Assembly: GCA_043228905.1 (NCBI GenBank)
Contig: JBHGNT010000017.1
Span: 18,848,001-18,912,000, forward strand
Direction of reading: 5' to 3'
Source of the DNA: Azolla caroliniana
Lineage: Eukaryota; Plantae; Polypodiophyta
Length of the DNA: 64,000 nucleotides
In this document: positions 13,085 to 25,200 of the stretch, piece after piece
Layout: each line of letters opens with the position of its first letter
Position numbering within the stretch: the stretch's first letter is position 1
The notes under the pieces: model-generated
The model's database searches: none
Told to the model about the DNA's origin: nothing
Seen by the model: the letters and a program-made list of their open reading frames with translations, nothing else
Made by a program: the position numbers and the translations under genes

Positions 13085-13381
13085 TAACACAATGTATACA
13101 AAAAACAAGAAAAATGTATTAAAACAATGAGCAAGAATGAACCAACAACAATTGCAAAGAGAAGGAGAAGGTACGTATGTAGTTACCTTCTCTCTAAGTT
13201 CTCTCACTAGAACTGTCCCTTGGGAAAGAGGTGGAGTCTTAACTATTTATGAAATATGTGTCATAGGACTTAAAGTTTTATGACACACTAGTTACTATCT
13301 ACTAGGAGGTGGGGTGTTCACACGCATGAGATACTAAGGTGTGTTGCCACACTAGGGAAGTTGAGAGTTTGATTCTCAACA
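13006..13381 (-). repeat. 5' LTR of copia A, containing a (TG)n tract at ~13044-13083
   Basis: TGTAAAGAATC...GATTCTCAACA, adjacent to PBS; same termini as the LTR at 57820-58207. Confidence 0.88.
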
Positions 13382-13399
13382 TTAGGACAGAAAGAAGGC

Positions 13400-15950
13400 C
13401 CACATCACTATGATGAAGATGTTCCTCAACAAGGCAGGGGTAAGGTGAGGGCGAAATATTGTGAGACACTTCAAACAATAAGCCAATATGATTCCATTTT
13501 GACCAAGAAAGTCACGATGGCAATTACGATATTTTGTGCCAACTCTATCTCTTATATGTACAAACCAGTCACTAATGTCTAGCAACATTTGGGTCTTCAC
13601 TTACTTTGCACAAATCAAAAGAACAAAAAAGTCGTTGACAAGGTGGCCAACTTCTTCGACATCATAGTAATGAAAACTTGGCCCTGTATTTGATATTACC
13701 TCTTCCTCATTTGAATGTGCTTTGTGCGGTGAGAATTCAGTTTCAGAACTATATTGGCTCTATTTTTATCATGTTTGTAGAAACTAGGCCTCCATCATCC
13801 TTGTCATGTGTCTCTTTGCATATCTCAACTTTAGAATTTGGGTGAGATGCTAGGTGGGATGACAAGACTATGTTTGGAGGTATGCACCATTGTCGAACTT
13901 TGAGTCATACATAGATATATGCTTAGAAGATTTATTTTTACTTTAGTGAGGCATCTATTTCCTCGTCCTCTTCCTCTTGGCTAATGTTGATTCCCCTAAT
14001 ATTGTTGTTTAAGTTTTGAACTATGTGTTGGGCTCTAGCAACAACTCGCACACCTACTTTAGAGGGCAAGATATAGAATATATTTACACTTGCTTTTCCT
14101 TTCTTTTCTAAGCAATTAAGCACCAAGTGCTTATGGCCACAAACAATGCACATGGCCTCAAGTATGGCATGATCTTTGCCATTGGGAAGTGATGTCCCCC
14201 AACCCTCTCACCTAGCACACTGAGAGGAAGGAGACCCCACTTGGAAATGCACCTCTCCAAGGGACGAGTCATGTTAACTCCTTCAAGAAAACACAATTCA
14301 ATCAAGTTGGACAAACATGCTTCCTTTTTGTAAAGGAACTCATTCCATCTAAAAGCATGTGGAGCGAAATGTTGGCGTGTTCCTCTAAAGTGAGTCAAAA
14401 AGTGATGAATCTTGTTCTAATGAAGGGTGACTCATAGGCACATGTGTGTTCTAATCAAGCTCTAATCAAGCCTTTTAACATAGTTGCAAGCCTTGGTGAT
14501 GCCGTAAAATGGGGTATAAACGTACTTATTTGGGAAAACTTGTTATTATCTAACATGACCATGAGAAAGCATGAGTCTCCTCTCTTTGCCTACGAAATTT
14601 AATAATGTTTGCATGAATTGGAGACTAACAACTAATTCTGAATAAGACGTGTCAATCGTCATGGTCACAATCTTTGTTTCTCAAGTTGTTTTATGTTATG
14701 CACCTATTGCCATGGGATCCTGTTAGTGGTGCTTGGTGGCTAATAAAGTTGCAAGAGATGTTGAACTTGGGTATTGAGTCAAGGTATCAATGAACATGGA
14801 TGTGTGTGCTTGGTATTGTGGCGATGTCTATGTTAAACATTTCTAAGTGCACCAATCAACTATAATTTTGGGACCTTGTGCATTCTGCATATATCGATTA
14901 GATTTTAATCAGGCTTTCGTCAAAGGCATTTACATTTAGATAGTTGTTCTAACTAAAGATCTATTTTATTATTCAAAGCATTGAGCTCAAGGATCAATTC
15001 CTTTCTAATATTTCTGAGGTCTCCTACACTTAAATCCAACTAACTCTTCATAGGAAAAATGCCTTAACATTACTCGCTTCAATAAGAAGCTCAAGGATCA
15101 ATTCCTTTCTAATATATCTGAGGTCTCCTACACTTAAATCCAACTAACTCTTCATAGGAAAAATGCCTTAACATTACTCGCTTCAATAAGAAGTTTTTGG
15201 AAAGTTTCTAACTCCAACATGAGCCACACCAAAGACTTGGATAGATTTGAGCAAGGAAGATGGGCACATGGCCATAGAGCAATCGATGTGAAACATGGAT
15301 CCCCTACCAATTTGATTTCTATGACACCCCTCTCATCCTTACATGGCCATATGGGCTCTCTCCCCACATTGGTGTGGAGCAAAATGTAACTTTATTCCTC
15401 GATCCACAATTATACATGAATAAAAATATGTAGTTTGATCCTAATGTATCTAAACCCCACTAGTGGTACCGTGAGGTACTTGATCCTCTCACATGATCTC
15501 TTGGAGCTCGAACATCAGGAGGCTACAATTTTTAGAGGATCCAAATTTTTGAGCAAAATTGGTTGCACACACATCAAAGGTATGCACTAACCCAACTTTC
15601 TTCTCACTACCTCAAAGATGGCCATGGTTTGCCTTCTTGAAGGGAAGTTAAATGTGTTCCACCCTCTTGTTTGACTAGTCAATTATTCATCATGTGGTAA
15701 ATTAGTAATCCTTGATAGGAATACAACGCCTAGGTGATGGTCAAGCTTATAAATCATCATCCCAATATCTTTGATCCCAACACTCAACCATTTTTGCATG
15801 CACACTACAGTTGCTCCACATCCTCAAGTGACTCATGTTTAAAGCATTGCAATACCATCAATGCATTCGCATTAGGGTGAAAACGTTTGACCTCAATCGC
15901 AGATCAACTTGATGGCAACTTGTTGACGAACTCTTCTCATGTTCTATTGC
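13400..15950 (-). mobile_element. Highly decayed retroelement-like sequence (possible gypsy gag/protease remnants)
   Basis: Only short broken ORFs, one with a Cys/His knuckle-like stretch (CIVCGHKHLVLNC); no intact domains. Confidence 0.3.
14984..15193. repeat. Near-perfect 104-bp tandem duplication
   Basis: AGCTCAAGGATCAATTCC...CAATAAGAAG starts at 14984 and 15088; one mismatch seen. Confidence 0.9.
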
Positions 15951-16213
15951 ATATATTGTTCTCATTTCCTGTACACTATAAATCATATTTCCTCCCCAGG
16001 CTACCTTAAATAACAATGTAGTCGAACCTTCACTTTAAGACTCGAGTGATTAGGTCTTGCTCCCTGAGCTATCTTCATTATTGGTTCGATTTCTATCTCC
16101 TCCCATCCTTTTTTTCATTCATCAGAACCTCAACTTCTAGGTACTTTCCAACGACCTGTCCTCGTCGCCGTGTGCAGACAGGAGAGGAGGCTCACACGAC
16201 GCAGTGTGCAGAC

Positions 16214-19200
16214 ATGATGATGAGGAGGTGTTGCAGAAAAAACGGTGCTCCGCCATGGTGGAGGTCTCTGCGTCCAAGCAAAGACCATCATCTCTCCACC
16301 TCCACCTCCACCTCCACCTCAGCGGCACCGCAAGGCCTCCATCGCCAGTTGAGCTCATCACCAGGGGGACGCCGTGCTTACAGCCTCCTCCTGGCAAGGA
16401 TAATCGCCTGCAACATCCCCCCCGTTGATGGATTAATCCCCCTGAGACCACCACCACCACCACCACCAGCAGGTGCAGGGCTCCGCCTGACAACCTGTCT
16501 CCATACATCGTCGTTCGCCCTACAGGGCCTCATTTATAACTATAATAACTCCGATCGAACCCCTCGATTACTCGTCGTCCAGCCCCGTGTTTTCCCTCAG
16601 GCCTGCCTCAAACCTACCCTTCTGGAGGCCCTTCGATTAGCTAGTTCCCTCGAGGAACTCCGAGAGGGCGAGAAAGAGGAGGAGGAGGTGCTTCCCCCAT
16701 ACATGCTCGTGCAGAGCCCTGAGTTGCGGAAATCCAAGAACAAGAGAAAGCGAGTACGAGCAGGCATGTGATCCAAATGACGTCCGTCCGACCCATTGGA
16801 CTTACTTCGTGCCCATCTGTTCTGTGCTCTATTTTTTCGCAGCATTTAAACTCCTGGTGCAATAACTGATTTGCATTGTGATCTGCAGATGCTTATTTTG
16901 GAACAGGTACAATTGAAAATGTGCGAACCCAAGTAGTTCTAAATGATTCTCAGGTATTTCTCTTTGTGCCAAAGGATACATCTTGACATGGATGTGTGTT
17001 GCACTCATAAAAATATGTGCACTAGTGTTGTCTGCAATTGTTGTGCCTCTCCTCGTTAGGAGTTTTTATAAGCTAGTATGACCTCGTCGAAATTCTTGAA
17101 AATCATGCCTAATGTCCTCATGCCCAAGCAGTTCCAAACTAACACGGTCTTCCATGTCTGTTATGGTGCTGGTCCCACAGTTCACATTCTGCTGCATATT
17201 CAGTCACCCAAGCCTCCACCATTTCTACTTTCAATGTGTGTTGAGTGTGTGTGCATCAGTGTGATGGTGTGGCTAGACCTCTTGGGCATGGGTATTGACC
17301 AACTTCCCCTGGCAAATTTCCTGTCTTACATAATGCTGCTGCAATAGTACTTGAACATAAATCTGCGTTGGGCAGTTCTTTGTTTCGTATTGGGGGTTTC
17401 CCAATGGCTGAATAAAACATTGAATCATGCTACACCATCCCTTTCTTTTCCTCTGCATGCATCCAAATATTCTTCAACATGCCATGTTGAACCATTTCCA
17501 AACAGTTCTTTGCTTCGTATTGGGGGTTCCCCACATGGCTGAATAAAACATTGAATCATACTCTACCATCCCTTTCTTTTCCTCTGCGCCCATCCAAATA
17601 TTCTTTAACATGCCATGCTGAATCTAGCTGAATGAAAGTAATTCGATTTTCAAATTTTCCATGGGAAACATAAAATTTTAATTTTTCTATGGGAAGCATC
17701 AAATTTTATATGTGATCCTTGGGGAGGTGATTTTGCGGTGTTGGCCTTACTTTCGATATGTATTTATAAGCTCTTTGAAGGGCATATAACTTTATTGGCA
17801 TTCTTCTAGTTTCCAGAAACATTACTAAGTACATGATTGTGCCCTTAACCCTAAACACAACCTTGTACTATTAAAGGGTGATGAATTTATTATCCTGATT
17901 TTTTACTTTTGAATCCCAATGCTGAAAATTTCTGGTTATTGGTCAATGTGGGAACGTGGGAATGTTAAAATTAAAATTTGAGAAAATACAAACTTGCCAA
18001 CTTTTCCAGAAAGTAGCAAGCATGCATCTGTCAGCACTTGGAAACCTTAGTAGGAGAATTTATTGTAAAGTTCTTTTTGCTTGCATTGGTCATGTTCTAC
18101 TCCCCCGAGGACTTCTTGCAATGCTCTCTTTGTTTCCATGGGTAATTTGAGCTTGGAGGTATATAACGAAGTCTCTCCCACACATCATGGGATTTCATGT
18201 ACACTCTACTAATCACCTTATTGTGGAGTATATCGTTCATTCTACATGAGACCCATAAGGCATTTCACGAGGGAGTCTCTCTCACACATCATTGAAAACT
18301 TTTGGTTATTAGCAAATGTGGGAATGTTAAAATTAAATTTTGAGAAAATAAAAAATTTCCAACTTTTTCCAGAAAGTAGCAAGCATGCATTTGTGAGCAC
18401 TTGGAAACCTGGTAGGAGAATTCGTTGTACAATTCTTTTTCTTCCATTTGTCATGTTCTACTCCCTTTATTTCCATGGGTAATTTGAGCTTGGAGGAATC
18501 TAACGAAGTCTCTCCCACATCATGAGATTCATGTACACTCTACTAATCACTTTATTGTGGGAGAGGCTGCTTGTGCCCAACTTTATTGTGGATATGCAAC
18601 CCTTGGTGCTCTCGAAAGACAATATGCACATTTGCAGTTCCAAGCGCCACGAACTAAACTGTGGTGATTTGATATGCTTGTGACACCAACTCTTCTCTAT
18701 GGAGTAGATACGTGTGGTCTGAGCTTAAGATTTCAAGATACCTTTAGTGTCGATGATTGCCCACATGATAAGGAGGAAAGCATCCATGCCCCATTATATA
18801 ATCTGGGCAGAGATTGGAACAGCCCCTATAATCATCAAGGCATTATTTCGATCAGTGACCTATATCCAATGACTTTGGGAGCTCCCAAAAGGAAGGTACT
18901 CAAGGTTGGCACTTATGTCATCAAGATAACTTGCTGAACATGATGACATTCATTGTTGGTATGCTGAAATGTATCAATGGTTTGAGTTGCATGGCATAAG
19001 CATAAATGCACTACCCCCGCTCAAATATAACTTGGATGGCCCCCATCTAAACATGACCAAAGCGGACAAGAATACAGTTATCTGAACTGATTTTATAATT
19101 GGGAAAACAAGATAACATGGATCAACCCCAAAATTTCACTTCGTACGAAGGTGGCCTACTATAAGTCTCACTGTTTACACACATCAGAGGATGGATTCAT

Positions 19201-22200
19201 GATCATGTCATCTTATATGGACATACAATCACAAATCTTTAGCCCATCACTCCTACTAATGCTACAAGTCAATCAAGGGCTACAAAAAATGGTGTTGAGA
19301 TTTGAATCTCAGATCTTTGAGAAAAACTGACTGCGAAATACACAATAATGTGGAAACAGAAAAAATACACAAGATACACAGAGTTTTATGTGGAAACCCT
19401 AAACGGGGAAAACGATGGGAGAACAGATCTTCCACTATACAACAGGGAATACAAGGGAGACAAGAATATAACACTCTTTGTGCAGAGTGTATCAGCCACA
19501 CAGGGTTCTTGACGTCTAACCTCACTCAGCTATGGCACCATGCACTCATTCACTTTCTCTCTCTGCATAGCACTTCACTATGTTCTACACTTTCTGTTCT
19601 ACATACTAAAGCTTTGCCCTAAGTGTCTTTATACTTATACACCATATGGGCTATTTACAAATGTTGTCCGTACTACTCTCACTTCTATTATTATACTAAT
19701 AATAATAGCAGTTAGTCAGCTGACTCTTATGTCGACTGTTTAGTCGGCCCGACTAGTCGGCCTTGTCTTCTGTTGTAACTTCAACTTGGACTCCCCCACT
19801 GTCGACTCTCCATGTTGACTCTTCATGTCATCGACTGTTGGCTCTCAGCCTGACCAATCGGCTACTCCTTGTCTTCAACTGTCGACTCTTACAGAGTCGA
19901 ACAGTCGGCTCCTCCCACAGGAGGGACATATTCCTAACACTCCCGACCAGGACATAACAAAGGGGCTACAATTGATCAGGAAATAACAATTTGTTAGGCA
20001 CGCACGCCCTGGTCCTCATGGACCACAATCTCAACAAGATTATTTAGTCTCTTTTTATCTTCTTTATGTTTTTTTACTTAGTAACATTTATTTATTATGG
20101 TTTGTTGTTCTCAAAGATGAGACAACACTTACGATGCAATCTCTTGTTTGGTCTTATAGGACACGCAATATTTCTTTCTTTCTTTGTCTTTGGCTCTTGT
20201 TTTTGCCATTTATTATATCTAGAATATAAAGTACACATTATTGTATATGTAACGTGGGCACCAAGATTCCTATATTTCCTGAGGTGGTTGGTTTACAACG
20301 TTTAGGAAGCCTGTTGCCAAAAATCCAATGAACAAAGAGCTATACCCAAATGACTTGGGTTCACACGAAGAGAGCTTTATCCATCGAAGATGACCTATTA
20401 CAAATATCATTTCATGAGCTTCGCAATGGATGGATTCTTTTATATAGCAAAGTACACCGACATCTACACATCCCATGCTGCTCAAAGCAATAGGCTAACT
20501 CTAGAGTTTCCTCACACCAAAGAGATCAAAGCAGGATGAATGCATCACATAACTAGAGCTTATAGACTCAGGCAAATTATGTGAAGAAGAGATGAAGAGC
20601 AAGTAAAAATTTGTGTGCAAATATACAATCTTTAGAGGTATAGGAATCGACCTGCAAGTCCATTGTGGGGACACGCTTCTGAGTGTGAAAAGTTAATGGG
20701 ACCACTGGGATTTTGAACCAAGTAAGACAGGGTAGAACATGCTGCCTAACTCCCAGATGATGGAATTTAGGTGGAGCATTATATGTCTGAGTAATAGATC
20801 CAAATAATGTGGGTGCTATTATGCCTAAAAATACTGGAAAAGCCATCAAACTTTTTAAGTGCTGTACGACTGTCTATGCAGGCAAGCTACTTAACCATCA
20901 TGCTGCTTATCCATCTACAGCTTTTTTTTGCAAATCATGATTCTGATAGAGTGAATGAGTCTTAGAGATATTCTGTACTATTAGCTTTTTTATAGATTTA
21001 AATTAATAAACTTTATTATCTGTTAAAAGAATGGTGGGTTTTTTTTACAAAGGAAGTGTACTATCGCAATGTAGGATGGTGTTGATGCAGTTTTTGTCAA
21101 TGCAACTCTTACTGCTGTGCAACAACGTAACCTTGAGGTATTAGAACATGCTGGATGCCATTATAGTTTCACTAGCTCTCTTGAACTAACTTTAAATTGA
21201 TGGAGAATCAGAGAGCATGGGGAAAACCAGTTCTAGATCGTGTAGCCCTAATCATTGAAATATTCAGTGCTCACGCTGAAACAAAGGAAGCGAGACTACA
21301 GGTTTAAAGAAAGCATATCTTTGATGTTTTTCTACGATATGATTAATGAATTATTTCTACATGTTTGAGACAAAATTTGTTTCTATAATAGGTTGAGCTT
21401 GCTGCATTGAATTACAAAAAGTCACGTCTGGTGCGCATGCCTGCGAAGGATGGGCGCTTAACCTTTGGAATGGATTTTGAGTCAGAAGTTGTGAGTGCAA
21501 GAGGGTAATGTTTCTGCCCCCATAGTATTGTTATCATGTGCTGGTGTTTCCACATGTCCACAACTTACATGCACCTCTACATTTGTCATAATGGTGATTG
21601 TATGTTGCTTGGTTTCACCCATAGGTGTAGCCAAGTGTCTTTTTTTGTTTTTAGTTAGCTGCAGATTCTTTCAGGCAGAGGTTTACAGTGTTATATTTTC
21701 ATTCTTCATTTATTTAGACCTATTTGTGTCATTTTTCAATTGGTTGGGTTGCACTTGCCATGTCATAACGTTGAGAACTGATTCATCACGAAGGTTGAGG
21801 ACACTTCATCTGTGATGCTTAGGATGGCGTTGAGGATGAAGACTGTTAATAAAGATTGAATTAGTATTTGTTTTCATTATAATACAGCCGGATAATAATT
21901 TTGATAAATTTCTAGAACTCTTCTTGAGTTTGGGATTTTGAGACTAACACTAATATTGAGGTTTGCATTTGGGTAGTTTTAAAAAGCAAATGGATTTAGA
22001 ATGAATCTTATTTTTGGATTTCAATATCCAGAAGTGACTCAACATTCTTTATTTAAGCATAGTGATCTTAGCCTCAACAACAGATATACTCTATAGGTGT
22101 GGAATCTGATGGGAAATAGGGGAAATATGAGTTATTTAAGTTTGGTTTCTGTCAACTTTCTATAGTGTATGGATAGTGAAGGTTTCTTCCATACTACTTT

Positions 22201-25200
22201 ATGATTTAGCATTCTCTAAGGGCTTCACCAATTTAGTACCTCTTCTACATAACCTAATAGATAAAGCAATTATAAGAATGTCCAAGGCGGAGCATGAACA
22301 TTCAAGTAGGGAATATGAACAATCACATTGAGGGCCAGTGAGCGCTCCCTCATACTATGAGTTATAATAAGTTCTATTGCATCATATTAGCATTGCTCTT
22401 GTCTTGTGCTGTTTATCATTAGTATATCACGAGTGTTGATCTCATCATACTGTCTTAGGCTCAACGTGTTTTTGTTTGGTCAAGAGACGCTTACTTATCT
22501 TATAGTCTAGCAACCCGTTGTGTAAACGCGCGTGCGTGCGCTACTTGAGTGGGACCAGGGGTTCTTGAACTAGGCAGGACACAAGGGCTAAGAGGGCACT
22601 GATGATAGGGGACTCGTAGGGAACACACAGAGTCGAATGGAACCCAGAGTTGAAGGGAGCCCAGATTTGAAGGGAGACCGGAACGTTTTGATTATAAATT
22701 TAACGTAACGATCATAAATTTAAGGATGGATAAGCAAGTTTAAGAATGTTTTAGGCCAAGAATATTTTGATTAAACAAGAAAAACCCTTTATAACTTAAG
22801 GTGAACAATGGATCGAGTGGATGACGGATTACAACGGTGGCAGCAAGCGCTAGCCACTAAGTAAGTGACAGAGACAAAGTAAGATAAGAGAGAAGGGTTG
22901 AAGCTTCTGGTGATGGGGAATTGAGTGGGTCACCGAGACTGTAATTACCGCCAATAACTACAATGCCACGAATCGGGGTAGAGTTCTTAGGCCACTCTGT
23001 CCACCCGTCAAACGATTGGTGTACGAGCTTGCTGGTCCTCTCCTTGAAGCCTTGAGATGCTAAATGCAGAAGATGCAGAAGACGAAGCAGAGCACCCCAA
23101 AACACCAAAACACAGAAGAAGAAAAAGAAAAGAACGAAAATGCTAAAAATAAACTAGAAAACACAGAAGCCGAAGGAGAAGAAAATTGTGCTCTCTTTCA
23201 CTCCTTTTATACGAAGAGTGCGCTCCATTTGCATTTAATGCTTTATTCCTTAATTCACGCCACGTTGACAGATCTTTATATTTCTCAGATATATCTGCAC
23301 AGACTGTTACAATCTTCTTCTTTTCCCTCCTTTTGACACTTCTCCTCTTTCCTCCACACACTTCTGCCCTTCCTCTTCCCAGTTTCTTCCTTTCACCACG
23401 CCACATTACAACACCGTGCTATTTTTGGTTTCACAGCTTGCTGCTTTGTCTGGGTCAATAACACAACATAACCTAATGAAATGTGCTGCTGGAGTAGAAG
23501 CCCATCAGACTCAAGCTTTTAGCTTTCTTGTCAAGGATCAACGCCGGTGCCTATGAATTTAATTTGTGGGCAACTTGGAAATACTCTATTAATTCTATCC
23601 TCATTATAATGATAATACTTAAACTTCGATCATTCATAAATAACACAACTTGAAAATCTGTGAATATTATGGACAATTCCAGGACTCTCACTTGTTCACT
23701 CTCATTTGAGTTGTCGATTATTCGCCAACTTGAAGAGAGGAGGTAGAGGTTTGTATTGATACCACTTGTGTATAATGTGAACTTAGAGTAAGAGTGAAAG
23801 GAGAGAAAGTAGATGAGGTGCACAGAAAATGCAGAAGGAGAGGGAGGAGATACATATATGTTTTTGGAGCCTCCTAATCTGTTTTAAGGGGCAAAAAGAT
23901 ACTGTCTTATTAGAATGTTATTTTAACTCACTTGAGCCGGTTTGCACTTGCCAAGTGATCCTAATATGTCCTTGCTATAGTCTGAAAGAGCCTTTATAAA
24001 TGTACAAATGGAGAGTTTTTGGGCATTTATACCTAACAACGTCCCACCTAAATGTTGGAAGGTGACAGCCCTAAAACCAATCTCTCCCTTCTACACGGTC
24101 TCTTTTACTTTATTCCAGCCTTTATTTTATTTGACTTTCTATACCTTTACATTTATAACATTTACGACATTGTTTTTTTCTTTCCTCTACTCTAGTTTAA
24201 CTCATTATACTACGAGGCATATTTCATTCCCTTTCATAAATGTATCTATTACAAAATCTACTCTCATTTTTGTATTTAAAGGCCTTGATCCTTGTTTTTC
24301 TGGCATATTTCATTCCCTTCCATAATGTATCTTTTTCAAAACCCTCTCTCGGTTCTTGTTTAGTTTGTTTGCTAGCCTCTTTGGCACTTTACTTGTTCCT
24401 AACTGTTCTCTCACATGGTATCAGAGCTGTGATGTCTCCATAACCTCCACTGATCTTTTTTCTTCCATTCAACTTGGTTTTCTTTGAGCAACGATCTGTC
24501 TTTTTTCCCCATTTTCATCCCCCCCGCTTAAACTGTCATTTAGGGAGTAGGCAGTACCACTTAAACTATCATTACAGCAACAATAGCCGGTTTGCAACAG
24601 CGTCTCCAACTGCTCACACAGCTTTAATTGTACAGCTCAGTGAAAGATTCCAATCCTCATGCTTTGATACCATGTAAAACATCCCTACTCTTGTAGAGTT
24701 GGGGTGCGGAAGTGTAGTGTGAGCAACAGAAGGAATCCGAGGAAATAATCAGAAATAAAAAAAATACACATGAGGGGGATGATAGCTTATGCACTGAAGA
24801 AAGTAAGAAAGATAGAAATATTAACGTCTTTTAAGAGGCCAAAATGGCCTATAAGACCAAACAAGAGATTACATCTTAAGTGTTGTCTCGTCTTTGAGAA
24901 CAACAAAACAAATAAAAAAAAGAGAACTATATTATTCAACTAGAAATCATCAACTGAACACAACGGGCCCAGTGGGTTTCATATACAAGTCCTCAAGGGA
25001 CTGCCACATTAAATCACAAGGGAGACTATTTTTTCATATCGTATTCACATTTCTTTTCCTTCAACTTCAGGTTCTGCATAGATAGTGCTAGTGTTGCGTA
25101 TCTTATCTTGGTAGATAATACTTGTTTTCTGGAGTAAGAGCATGCAGGTAAGCTGGAAGATGGAATATTATTCAATGCCAAAATAGGCTAACATTGTGTT

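Larger units (their letters stand above)
3779..13381 (-). mobile_element. Ty1/copia element A (gag-PR-IN-RT, degenerate), interrupted by gypsy, MITE and copia B; 3' end lies outside the window
   Basis: Minus-strand gag (KLDRNNFTSWEYKMYQYL), PR/GAG-pre-integrase (LWHKRIGH), IN (DVWGPAQT..FIDDFSR), RT (HQMDVKNTFLQGEL); PBS TGGTATCCGAGC at 12994-13005; 5' LTR 13006-13381. Confidence 0.9.
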
